64,000 nt of DNA from a virus. The notes beneath the pieces were generated by a model. The model had not been told where the DNA came from. It did no database searches and saw only the letters and a program-made list of their open reading frames with translations. Shown here one piece after another: positions 8,166 to 17,026 of the stretch (positions are counted from its first letter, which is position 1; each line of letters starts with the position of its first letter). The DNA lies in the IMG/VR virus record IMGVR_UViG_3300045988_149331, positions 36,686 to 100,685 of that record; one strand, written 5' to 3'. Both the position numbers and the translations under genes were made by a program.

Positions 8166-9919
8166 TACTCTTGTTTGCTATCTTCCGGCAACCATTCCAT
8201 TAAGACACGATTTCCTTCAATCTTATGGACCTTATAATTTTGGTCTCGGCCAATTAAAAATTCCCCCTCCTCTCCTCCGTAAACCCCTACTACTGGAGCA
8301 ACCGGGCAACCCGCGGGAGCGATAATATCAAAATACATAGTCCCCTCGTCGTTGCTAATTTCAGGATAACATGTAGTGCTCATGAACGACTTATCGCTGA
8401 ACACCTCCCCCTCCTTGAGATTTTTAACGAAATTATCTGCATCGTTTTCAAACGTAAGTTTCCTGTATAAAACGATATTTTGTCCCACTTTATTTTGAGA
8501 AATAAACGTATCAATTCCGTTTATGAATTTATCCATTTTATCAGACGATACATCGACTTTGTTGCCGTAAAGGTATTTTCTCATTACAGCAAAGTCAAGA
8601 TCATCATCTTCGTCAAAATCGTCATCATGGTCTGCGGAATATAAAACAATAGCTTTTACTGCATCCGAATCGCTTTCGTCCATGAAATCCTCATAAGCGT
8701 CAACAATCTTATCAAAGAATTCAGTTGCATCGTCGCTGTTTAATCGTATGAATTTTTCGCCGTTTATGTCCAACCCACTTTTCCGTAAAGCCCATTTGTA
8801 CGCTCTATCGGCCTTTTTGAGAACTTTTTCATTCGCCTTGTCAGAGGGTAATCGCTCAATGTTTTTCGCAGTACTGTCGCCTGATAATGAAATATTAAAA
8901 CGTTCATTATCTGCTTCAAATTTCTTTTGTTCTTCTGCTTTTTCCCTTTTAACATCCTCGCTTTTTACCCAAAAAGCGATAGCGTCGTCTTTTGTGTCTT
9001 CAGGCACGATATTATTTCTTTTCAAGACATCAATCGCCTTTTTAGATAATTCTTCGGGGGTTAATTTATACTTTGAATACTGTTCGTCGGTCTTTCGTAA
9101 TTTACTCAAAAAGATGCCAGCTATCGTCTTTGGTGTATCGCTACCTCGTACTTGATCCAGCAAATCTTTTTCGAATTTCTCATCAACGGCATCTTCGTCT
9201 TTATTGTCGTCATCCTTTTCACTACCCTCCCTGGCGTCAGGATCGCCGAACTTGGACGCGGCTCCCTCGACGTCAGCGATCTCCTTCACCGTCGTGGTCT
9301 CGAAATTGTCAACATCGGCGTAGGGGTATTTGTCCACGCGGTAGCCTTCGCTGGTCTTGGTGACTACCAGATCGAAGCCGTCTTCGTCGCCGCCGACCTG
9401 CTTGATGAACGCGTGAGAAGCGTCTTCGACTCCAGCGTACTGCTCCAGGTCCTGGTCGTCCATCTGACGGAAGCCCATGGACTCAAACGAGGCCGTCGCC
9501 TTGGCGTCACCGTCAGCCAGGCCGTTACGCAACGAGGCGTCGCCCTTCTTGTTCTTGGCGCGAACGTTCACGCCGCGGCGTTCGAGTTCTGCGGTGGCCA
9601 CCTTGCGCATTTCAGCGTCAGCCGACGGATCGTTAGCCACTTTCACCAACGCCTCCTCCGAAGCCGAGCGGGCATGATTCTGGAGGCTGACGTTGCCTCC
9701 GGGAACGCCACCTTCACCCCCCTCAGCCGCGGGGTCTTTCTCCTTGGCTGCGTGACCGTACTCCTGACCCACACGTTGCAAGCGGCGGTTTTGAGCGTTG
9801 TCGGTGTATACACCGTGACGCGCTTTTTCGATTTCTACCTCTTCAGTTTCGGGGATGTTGACGAACCCCTTGAGGATTTGCTGTCGTTTTGCCTCACCGT
9901 AGTTGATAATCTCTTTCAT
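8165..9919 (-). CDS. C3/VIP2-type ADP-ribosyltransferase domain protein (MuF-associated toxin-like)
   Basis: C-terminal R-STS-ExE triad: VLYRKL, SFMSTT, GEEGEFLIG; long acidic linker; N-terminal shared modules. Confidence 0.75.
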   Translation of the reverse strand: MKEIINYGEAKRQQILKGFVNIPETEEVEIEKARHGVYTDNAQNRRLQRVGQEYGHAAKEKDPAAEGGEGGVPGGNVSLQNHARSASEEALVKVANDPSADAEMRKVATAELERRGVNVRAKNKKGDASLRNGLADGDAKATASFESMGFRQMDDQDLEQYAGVEDASHAFIKQVGGDEDGFDLVVTKTSEGYRVDKYPYADVDNFETTTVKEIADVEGAASKFGDPDAREGSEKDDDNKDEDAVDEKFEKDLLDQVRGSDTPKTIAGIFLSKLRKTDEQYSKYKLTPEELSKKAIDVLKRNNIVPEDTKDDAIAFWVKSEDVKREKAEEQKKFEADNERFNISLSGDSTAKNIERLPSDKANEKVLKKADRAYKWALRKSGLDINGEKFIRLNSDDATEFFDKIVDAYEDFMDESDSDAVKAIVLYSADHDDDFDEDDDLDFAVMRKYLYGNKVDVSSDKMDKFINGIDTFISQNKVGQNIVLYRKLTFENDADNFVKNLKEGEVFSDKSFMSTTCYPEISNDEGTMYFDIIAPAGCPVAPVVGVYGGEEGEFLIGRDQNYKVHKIEGNRVLMEWLPEDSKQE

Positions 9920-9954
9920 CGTATTGTTGTTTTATATGTTTCTTTTCCTACTAC

Positions 9955-9985
9955 AAAAGGTAATGAAAATTCTCCAAACCGCCAA
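9955..9985 (-). promoter_or_regulatory. Bacteroidota-type promoter (TTG-N20-TACCTTTT) upstream of ART gene
   Basis: Minus strand reads TTG(9985-9983) gcggtttggagaattttcat TACCTTTT(9962-9955), 36 nt before ATG 9919. Confidence 0.4.
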
Positions 9986-9994
9986 TAGTTTTTG

Positions 9995-10552
9995 TTAAAA
10001 TTTTACACCAAAATCCACCGTATATCCCCAGTTATCATTAACCCTCATGGCTGAAGCACCTACCATGAACCGCTGGCGGAAATCGGCTCCGGCGGAGAAC
10101 TTTTGTGTACCAAAGTCCAACGATGTGCCTATTTGGGCATAGCCTTGGATGAATGGTATGCGGGTTTGCACCGTGGTACGTTCTATTTCACGCACTCGTA
10201 TCAGAGGATTGATAATTGACGTAGCTTCAGTGATGGCGTTGCGGTTCACAGTGGCGTTCACCTTGAACGTTCCAATACTGTCGTTTGAAAAGTCCAGCGT
10301 GTAGTGCTTTGTAGCAAGATAATCAGCCAGCAACGCCGCGGTGTCGATTTCCCCTGGAAGGTAGATGGTGGTATCGCGTACGACGATATACGGCACCGGA
10401 ACCTTCACTGTATCGCGGTATTCGACCGTGTCGTGCTTTGTATGCCACCTTTCAACGACTTTCGGGGGTTCGGGGATATAACTACCCCGCCCAAGAAAGA
10501 ACGCGAAAATTAGGGCCGCTACAACGATAATTATGGATGCCGCAGTTTTCAT
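9995..10552 (-). CDS. membrane-anchored protein with OMP-like C-terminal beta-signal
   Basis: N-terminal TM/signal MKTAASIIIVVAALIFAFFLG; beta-rich body; ends ...GYTVDFGVKF (terminal Phe). Confidence 0.5.
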   Translation of the reverse strand: MKTAASIIIVVAALIFAFFLGRGSYIPEPPKVVERWHTKHDTVEYRDTVKVPVPYIVVRDTTIYLPGEIDTAALLADYLATKHYTLDFSNDSIGTFKVNATVNRNAITEATSIINPLIRVREIERTTVQTRIPFIQGYAQIGTSLDFGTQKFSAGADFRQRFMVGASAMRVNDNWGYTVDFGVKF

Positions 10553-11049
10553 GGACGTTTGCCGTTTTTGATCATATCCTCGTAGGCCACAATTGACGCT
10601 TCAAGATCACTGATGCGACGCTTGTATTCCTCGGCGGCGCGATTGGCTTCGCACTCATGTGTACGGAACTCCTCCATCAGGCGGTTATACTTATCACGAT
10701 CGGCCTGGCGTTGAGCCTCGTATTCGTCGCGAATCTTGTTGAGTTCGTTACGAAAGTTGGTCATCATTTCGTTAGATAACCGCCGTTCGTTCTGTACCTC
10801 TTGGTAGAGGTTGTCGTAGCGTTCCTTCCACCACGACTCCTTCTTGTCCAACTCAGCCGCCAATACGTCATATCGCCCTTTCCAAAACTCTTCACCCTTG
10901 AGGTCGGCATCAGCCTGACTGGCGCGAACTTCCTGCTCGTATTTCTTACGATCGAGCATACGTGCTACAACGGCATAACCGATACTACCCACTCCAAATA
11001 GAAGTGAGATCACGGGGAAAATTGTAGTCATGAAAAGTCCGTCAGCCAT
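10549..11049 (-). CDS. N-terminal TM plus coiled-coil protein (holin/spanin-like candidate)
   Basis: TM segment TTIFPVISLLFGVGSIGYAVVA followed by about 120 aa heptad-like charged helix; ATGA-type overlaps with both neighbours. Confidence 0.45.
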   Translation of the reverse strand: MADGLFMTTIFPVISLLFGVGSIGYAVVARMLDRKKYEQEVRASQADADLKGEEFWKGRYDVLAAELDKKESWWKERYDNLYQEVQNERRLSNEMMTNFRNELNKIRDEYEAQRQADRDKYNRLMEEFRTHECEANRAAEEYKRRISDLEASIVAYEDMIKNGKRP

Positions 11050-11611
11050 TGCGTTTCATTATTTCGTTAATGCGTATGCGAGCGGCCTTGGCGGCTTTAG
11101 CATATGCATTGTAATTGTAATTCGAGCGGAGACACCTCAAGATTTCGTCAGCAAAAACCTTGATAATATCCACCTTGGCGTTTTGATAGGCGTCCATGTC
11201 GCCTTCATTAGTTAACGTCGCTGGATAGATTATCAGTTTTACTTCCGCGCTTACACGATTGAAGAAACGATACCACTGGCGGTCGTACGAATCGACGAAC
11301 GTAAATGACCTCCAACGAATTTGAGGCGTGAGAATATCGTAGTGGTTTGAAAGATTATAGGCGAAATCCCGTGTTAACACAGGACAAACGCGGTTGAGTG
11401 TTAAACTACAGCCATCGGCATGGTCATGGAAAAAGTCCACTGCCATGGCTACACCGTAGGTGCGATGAGGGCGAAAGTAGTTCCAAACGTCATAGGCGTT
11501 TCCTGTAACAACCTCCACGCGACGACGGCGTAGTTCGTCAGCCAGTTCGCGTACAAAACTACGGGCCTCGGTATTGAACCGCTTTGACGCTAAATAAACT
11601 ACTCTACACAT
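11042..11611 (-). CDS. possible MurNAc-L-Ala amidase-like endolysin
   Basis: AVDFFHDHADG and LIIYPATLTNEGDMDAY..IIKVFADEI resemble Amidase_3 core/terminal motifs. Start moved to ATG 11611, 5 nt after upstream stop; the track start 11689 overlaps the upstream gene. Confidence 0.3.
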   Translation of the reverse strand: MCRVVYLASKRFNTEARSFVRELADELRRRRVEVVTGNAYDVWNYFRPHRTYGVAMAVDFFHDHADGCSLTLNRVCPVLTRDFAYNLSNHYDILTPQIRWRSFTFVDSYDRQWYRFFNRVSAEVKLIIYPATLTNEGDMDAYQNAKVDIIKVFADEILRCLRSNYNYNAYAKAAKAARIRINEIMKRNG

Positions 11612-11616
11612 GGCTG

Positions 11617-13245
11617 TTAGAGATAATCGATCTTCTGAATGAAACTCGTGAATCGTAATCTTGAACTTGAAATATACCCCGTTGCCCACGCTGTGAGCAA
11701 ATAATATCCTGCAGAAGCCATGTTGTAGTCTTTAGACCCGTCACCATCAACCACACGAAGTGTTTGACCGTTGGAGACGTTACAATAGATGATCACCTGA
11801 ATCGTGCCGCCAACACTTTCGTTTGTGTAGGCATCCAGTGCTCCGGGATTATCCAAGAAGCCCAAATTCAGCGTCCACACAGCAGACGTTATTGACGATG
11901 CGTTGAGATTGTAAAAATAACGATACCCGAGTCGGACGTTGTACGTTGAACCGCCGGGCAGATTCGAAAATCCAACACTTCCGCCAACTATTCCAACGGC
12001 CATGTGTCGTTTCAGGACGTTACGTTCAAAAATTGACGATGAATCCACCAATTTCTTAAGTATTGGACCTGTATCGCCACCTGTAATGATCTGAGCAATA
12101 TCGTCCCACAGCAACTTGAATGCATCACGCACGCTTCCCTCGACGTCGATGAAACCCATGTAGTCGATGTCAGGAAAATCGGTCTGTTGGCCGCCTATTT
12201 TAATGTTCTTAGATTCGCCGTATTCCGAATCAATATCCAGAATAGCCTGATGGAGCAGCGCGATAGCCTTTTCGACGATATCCCCTGCTGCCGGCATGAT
12301 GCCCTTGGTGTTAGGGTTGGGTGCGTAAGCCGACGAAAGACTCGCGCCAGTAGCCAGTTTGAGACGATTATACCAGCCTTGAATCTTGTTGAAAGCGGCG
12401 GTTATATCGTCGTTGGGTGTGAGGTCTTGTGGAGCAGCCACCGTAGCCGTTACGGGATTAACCTCGATCAACTTTGAGGTAAATATCATCTCACGCGAGT
12501 TGTTCTGCCAGTCCCGGACTATATCTTGTACGTCCTTGAAGACCTTATCCATTGCGGCGTAATCGGCCGTGTATTGCTTGTAACCGATAACGGTAGTATC
12601 GTCCGTCTGTTCCGAGACGATGACGCCTTTCATTGCCGCTGAAAAGTTGAAATACAACCCGTCAACAAACGCCAACGAGTTCTTCGGTGACTTAGATATC
12701 AGCGACTGAATAGTACGCTTCACCAGTGTGGTGTTCTCTCCAACCATACGCATGCCGTACAATACGTCAGTCATGGCGGGGTTGTCGGTAACGGACTGGA
12801 ACTGGAAATTGAGTTTAGAAGTCGCAGCGTCAAACGTCGCGACGACGTTATCGAAGAAATAGTTCGTGGAGGCGACGTACTGCGTAGTAGTCCCCTGGCC
12901 TGCGAGGTCTTCGACGATGATGTTGTTTTGCTTGTCCACGTACTGGACACGCGTCGAACCCACCACCCAGACCATAGTGTTCCAGTTGGCGTCAGAGTCG
13001 CGTTTAACGACGTGATAGAACGCACCGATAGGCAAGCCGCCGGGGAGGTTCGCTTTATTGATAAGGGCGTTGAAATCGGCTATTTCAGCGACAATTGCCT
13101 GCGACATCGGCACCCACTCCCCCAACGACTGGTTGTAACTCTTGTGGAGGCCGTCGGTGGTGTCGTACCAGATGATGGCCTGATTAGAGGGGGCGGTTGC
13201 GCCGATCGATATGCCGGCAATTGTTCCGATGTCTACAGTTGCCAT
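11617..13245 (-). CDS. tail fibre / receptor-binding-like structural protein
   Basis: N-terminus ...TAPSNQAIIWYDTTDGLHKSYNQSLGEWVP is typical of phage tail-fibre N-termini; beta-rich, next to portal. Confidence 0.4.
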   Translation of the reverse strand: MATVDIGTIAGISIGATAPSNQAIIWYDTTDGLHKSYNQSLGEWVPMSQAIVAEIADFNALINKANLPGGLPIGAFYHVVKRDSDANWNTMVWVVGSTRVQYVDKQNNIIVEDLAGQGTTTQYVASTNYFFDNVVATFDAATSKLNFQFQSVTDNPAMTDVLYGMRMVGENTTLVKRTIQSLISKSPKNSLAFVDGLYFNFSAAMKGVIVSEQTDDTTVIGYKQYTADYAAMDKVFKDVQDIVRDWQNNSREMIFTSKLIEVNPVTATVAAPQDLTPNDDITAAFNKIQGWYNRLKLATGASLSSAYAPNPNTKGIMPAAGDIVEKAIALLHQAILDIDSEYGESKNIKIGGQQTDFPDIDYMGFIDVEGSVRDAFKLLWDDIAQIITGGDTGPILKKLVDSSSIFERNVLKRHMAVGIVGGSVGFSNLPGGSTYNVRLGYRYFYNLNASSITSAVWTLNLGFLDNPGALDAYTNESVGGTIQVIIYCNVSNGQTLRVVDGDGSKDYNMASAGYYLLTAWATGYISSSRLRFTSFIQKIDYL

Positions 13246-13257
13246 AATAGGAAACGT

Positions 13258-13515
13258 TTAGCGTGAATATAGGTAGGCGGTACGGTCGTCCCAAACGAAA
13301 TTGAAACTCATATCCCCTTGAGGATATTCCGTGATGGTAATGCCGTTGGCGGTTGTTTCACGTTCGATACGCCAGCCCGGCTCTCCCTGGCCTGTGCCGA
13401 TAGGGGCATATCCGCGATACACGGTCCCCTCAGTGGAAGCGTCGATGATAGGCTTCGGCATGGCCTCCGAAAGCAACTGCACGATGGGTGCAGTATTCTT
13501 CTCGTTACTCGTCAT
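13258..13515 (-). CDS. hypothetical protein
   Basis: 85-aa co-directional ORF overlapping portal stop by 11 nt. Confidence 0.45.
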   Translation of the reverse strand: MTSNEKNTAPIVQLLSEAMPKPIIDASTEGTVYRGYAPIGTGQGEPGWRIERETTANGITITEYPQGDMSFNFVWDDRTAYLYSR

Positions 13516-15271
13516 GATCTATTGCTTTTTGTAAGTATTCGTCAAATGCGGCCACGAGCGGGTTTGCCTCACGGGCCTTCATAGTCTCTTCGTCGTCGCC
13601 TTGGGCGTAAAGGTCAAACGGGTTGCCGCCCTGGGCGTCGGCGTCTTCTTCGCCTTCACCACCAGCCACAGGCTCATCAGCCGGGCCGCCTGCTGCCTCC
13701 ATACCCATACCAGCGGCCTCTTCGAATGGGTTTCCACCGCCCATTCCCATACCGCCCATCGCCTGCTGCTGTTGCTGCTTGGCGCTGAGGGCTTGTTGAA
13801 TAACGGAGTTTTCGATAGTATCACCACCCTTTTCTTCGCCGATGGCGGGGAGGTCCCACTTTTCGCGAATTTCATCGACGGTCTGGAAGGCTTGAAGGCG
13901 TTTGATGTCCATATCCAACTCCTCGGAAATAGTCATTCCGTTGAGGCCCATGAACACGAACTCAAAGTCAGGGTTAATCTGGTCAACGATGAACTTGTTA
14001 ATCTTACGCTGGATGAACTTCAACAGCGGATACAGACCCTTGTCTTTCGACTGCTCCATACGTTGTTTTTGGCCATCGCCAAACGTCAGGCCGCTGTTGT
14101 TAGAACGTGATATGTCCCAACCGATTTCCGTCGGGTCGATACAGTACACAGCGCAAGCGATCTTAATCAGGTATTCCATCCAAGACGTGTACTCCATATC
14201 ACGGTTGTTCTTCTGGAGGTCTACCCAGTCAATATCACCTTCGACGACAGGCGTCTTCCACGACTGCATAACGCCTGAAATCATCGCCTGCCACTGCTGT
14301 TTGAACTGCTGAAGCGAAGCCTCGTTGACGTTGCCCTTGATACGCAACAGACCCTTCGGGGCTGACCCCTGTGAGAAGAAACGGCGGTTGTACTCATCAC
14401 CCCAAAGCATCGACGTGACGACGTTGATCAACTCTTCCAACTCGGAGTTCCCGTAGCCGTTAGCGTAGATAGACGTTGACGGGTTGCGGATTCCAAAGCA
14501 CAACTCCCATGGATAGAACTGTGCCACCTTGGCTGTTTGGTACACCTGGACGTAGGCCGGGTAGTAACCGTCGATTTTTTGCCCCCAGTTTTGGCGGTCA
14601 TCCATCATTACGCCGCGGAAATACGGGTTGTCGTATTCACCATCAAAGTACGAATCTGCCAACCGGAACGTAGCAGCGTCTACAGCCTGGAAACGTACCA
14701 ATTTACCGCGGCGATTGCGGATACATTCAAACGTCAGCTGGTCGAACGTCAACGAGTCGTCAACGATCTTACGTATGAACTCGTCAAATTCGTCACCATC
14801 CCACGCAGCAGTATCGCCACAGTTTAGGATGAAGTCCGTGATGGACGAAGCGATCTTGCAGTCTTGGGAGTCCATTTTCTGCTCCATACCGTGACGCGGC
14901 TTGCGTCGAATAACGAAGCCCGTCGAATAGCGGTCGGCCTGCGGTTCAGCAAAGTCGGCCACCTGATTCTTACGGGTCTTGATGATGGAGTTGATAATGG
15001 GGGTGCGGCTCATCCGGCGCAGCGTCTCGTACGAGAGTGAGAACGGCTTATCCTTGTAACCCAAAAACGAGTTGAACTCCAACGGGTCGATGAGATATGC
15101 CTTGGGGGCCACGTTGGCGGGCTTGCTTTGCTGGTTAAATATTTCGGCCGCTTTGAGTATGTCGGACGGGTTATCACCACGCAGCGCCTTCTCCACCAAC
15201 AGCGATTTGCGGATGGTCAAGGCTTGCATGGCGCGTTCTACCGATTCCAATCTTTCTTTTACACCGGACAT
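13505..15271 (-). CDS. portal protein
   Basis: RRFFSQGSAPKGLLRIKGNV..SLQQFKQQWQ..G..QSWKTPVVEG..WVDLQ....MEY..W.EYLIKIACAVYCIDPTEIG follows the conserved portal core pattern; Gly/Met- and acid-rich C-tail. Confidence 0.7.
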   Translation of the reverse strand: MSGVKERLESVERAMQALTIRKSLLVEKALRGDNPSDILKAAEIFNQQSKPANVAPKAYLIDPLEFNSFLGYKDKPFSLSYETLRRMSRTPIINSIIKTRKNQVADFAEPQADRYSTGFVIRRKPRHGMEQKMDSQDCKIASSITDFILNCGDTAAWDGDEFDEFIRKIVDDSLTFDQLTFECIRNRRGKLVRFQAVDAATFRLADSYFDGEYDNPYFRGVMMDDRQNWGQKIDGYYPAYVQVYQTAKVAQFYPWELCFGIRNPSTSIYANGYGNSELEELINVVTSMLWGDEYNRRFFSQGSAPKGLLRIKGNVNEASLQQFKQQWQAMISGVMQSWKTPVVEGDIDWVDLQKNNRDMEYTSWMEYLIKIACAVYCIDPTEIGWDISRSNNSGLTFGDGQKQRMEQSKDKGLYPLLKFIQRKINKFIVDQINPDFEFVFMGLNGMTISEELDMDIKRLQAFQTVDEIREKWDLPAIGEEKGGDTIENSVIQQALSAKQQQQQAMGGMGMGGGNPFEEAAGMGMEAAGGPADEPVAGGEGEEDADAQGGNPFDLYAQGDDEETMKAREANPLVAAFDEYLQKAIDHDE

Positions 15272-15308
15272 AATGTTTTTACGCGATTTATGTACCTATA
15301 ATTGGCTA

Positions 15309-15632
15309 TCAACCCAACATTTTCAAAATGTCGTTGCAGGCCGTTTTCCTGATTATCAACGCTTGATGAACGATATCTCCCCACACCGCCAACTGATGAC
15401 CGCGCCATGAGTAGTAGTCGGTTTGGTCATCGTACGAACCTTGCCACTCGCCTTCGCTGCGTATAGTAGCCACCAAACGGCGAAATGCTCGCTGTTCGTC
15501 GGTAGTGAGGGGTGATATAAAAGTGCCGACGACTACTAATCGTGCGGCACTCGTTGTTAGATCATCGGCTAACGTTTGAAAGTTAATGCCCATGAACTCA
15601 CCTGTCTCTAATGGGGTATGAAAAGTTATCAT
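15309..15632 (-). CDS. hypothetical protein
   Basis: Co-directional ORF, 4-nt overlap with upstream gene. Confidence 0.45.
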   Translation of the reverse strand: MITFHTPLETGEFMGINFQTLADDLTTSAARLVVVGTFISPLTTDEQRAFRRLVATIRSEGEWQGSYDDQTDYYSWRGHQLAVWGDIVHQALIIRKTACNDILKMLG

Positions 15633-16639
15633 TCGCCAACCAATTTTACAGTTCGTGGTTCAAAAGTAGAGCGTTGCTTACCTTCACCGATGCGCATCTT
15701 CCAGTATTTTTGATATTCACACAACCACATCTCGATCTGGTGAAGGGTTATATTGCCGTGAGGCGTTGTGTAATATCCTGCTTCGAGTTTGTGCCAGTGT
15801 AGGTACGGAAAATCTCCAAATGTCGCCAACGCCACCTGCGCTTCATCACGCAGACGATAGATACCGTCAATTTGACGTTTCAACGACGGGAATATTAACC
15901 GCAACCCAATCGACGCCCCAGGCCCCACGTTAGTGTAGTCATCCTGAGTGAAACGCATGAAACGCCGATATGTATATCGCGGTATATAGGTGAAATCTTG
16001 ATAGAATTCGTGAGCGATGAATGCAGCCGATGACGGAAGCCCCTGAAGGAACTTGATGATCTGTTCAGGAGTTTGGGCCGTAAATACCATCTTGATGAGT
16101 TCACCCAAGCGACGGTGTAACGTAGGCACTACCAGATGGGTGTAACAGTAATCACGCGGTTTACCCGGCGTGGCCATGGAATTGATGAGATATGCCGTGG
16201 TGTAGGGGTTGTTCCCCGAAGCGCGGTACGACGTTATCATCTCTGCAAAAGCGTCTTCGTCGTAGCTGTCGTAATCTGGAATACCAGCGCCCCAGCCATA
16301 CTTATCGCGAGCGTATTCAAAAGTACTGGGGTTGTTGAAATACCGGAACACCATCATCTTCCACACCAAGCTGGCTAACGACAATGAATCATCCAACAGA
16401 ATATTTCGAATTTGCCACTGGGAATTTCGATCCAGTTCGCGGTACACGTTAGTGAACTTGTAGTCGCGCAAAATAGGGTCTTCAGTCCAGGGGCGTGGTT
16501 GGTGATCGATGAAACGTCGTTTCCAGATCATTTGCCGCTCAAACATCGTGCGAAAGAACTCCGTGCGGTGTTCGTCGCTCACGTCAAGCGTATCAGATGG
16601 GAGTTTGTCACTCCAAGAATAGTGATCAAAGTTTGCCAT
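15629..16639 (-). CDS. alpha-glutamyl/putrescinyl-thymine pyrophosphorylase (aGPT-Pplase)-like DNA base hypermodification protein (candidate)
   Basis: N-terminal MIWKRRFIDHQPRPWTEDPILRDYKFTNVYRELDRNSQW matches my recollection of the R..W.RR....PWT.DPIL...KFTNV(F/Y)R.LDR.SQ signature of this family; needs HMM confirmation. Confidence 0.45.
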   Translation of the reverse strand: MANFDHYSWSDKLPSDTLDVSDEHRTEFFRTMFERQMIWKRRFIDHQPRPWTEDPILRDYKFTNVYRELDRNSQWQIRNILLDDSLSLASLVWKMMVFRYFNNPSTFEYARDKYGWGAGIPDYDSYDEDAFAEMITSYRASGNNPYTTAYLINSMATPGKPRDYCYTHLVVPTLHRRLGELIKMVFTAQTPEQIIKFLQGLPSSAAFIAHEFYQDFTYIPRYTYRRFMRFTQDDYTNVGPGASIGLRLIFPSLKRQIDGIYRLRDEAQVALATFGDFPYLHWHKLEAGYYTTPHGNITLHQIEMWLCEYQKYWKMRIGEGKQRSTFEPRTVKLVGE

Positions 16640-16940
16640 TTTGTTTACAATAGCTTCGTATCAGCAATTCACGGCGCGCTTCAGAGGTCTTTCCAGCCAG
16701 CCGGAACAACGTAGCATCAGGCAAGTTCTTCAGTGGTCGTTTAGCTGCATTTACAAGACGCGCTTCGTCTATAACGAGGTTTACCCTTATCCGCCGCCCG
16801 CGGATCAATTTGACGGACTCTGCAGCGAGCAGTGGACAATAATCGTTACCGTGTAACGAACGTACAATAAACGTCATCGAACCCCAAACCTCAGGGTCTG
16901 CAACGACGTCGCCTATTTTGAAATATCTCCATCGGTCCAT
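16626..16940 (-). CDS. hypothetical protein
   Basis: Co-directional ORF, 14-nt overlap with downstream gene. Confidence 0.45.
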   Translation of the reverse strand: MDRWRYFKIGDVVADPEVWGSMTFIVRSLHGNDYCPLLAAESVKLIRGRRIRVNLVIDEARLVNAAKRPLKNLPDATLFRLAGKTSEARRELLIRSYCKQNGKL

Positions 16941-17026
16941 ATAACTAAAAAACGTTGGCCCCGAAACGCTTACTGAATCGAGGCCGCGGTCCTAACTAAC
17001 CTTGGAAAATGGAAACAGAAAAGAAA

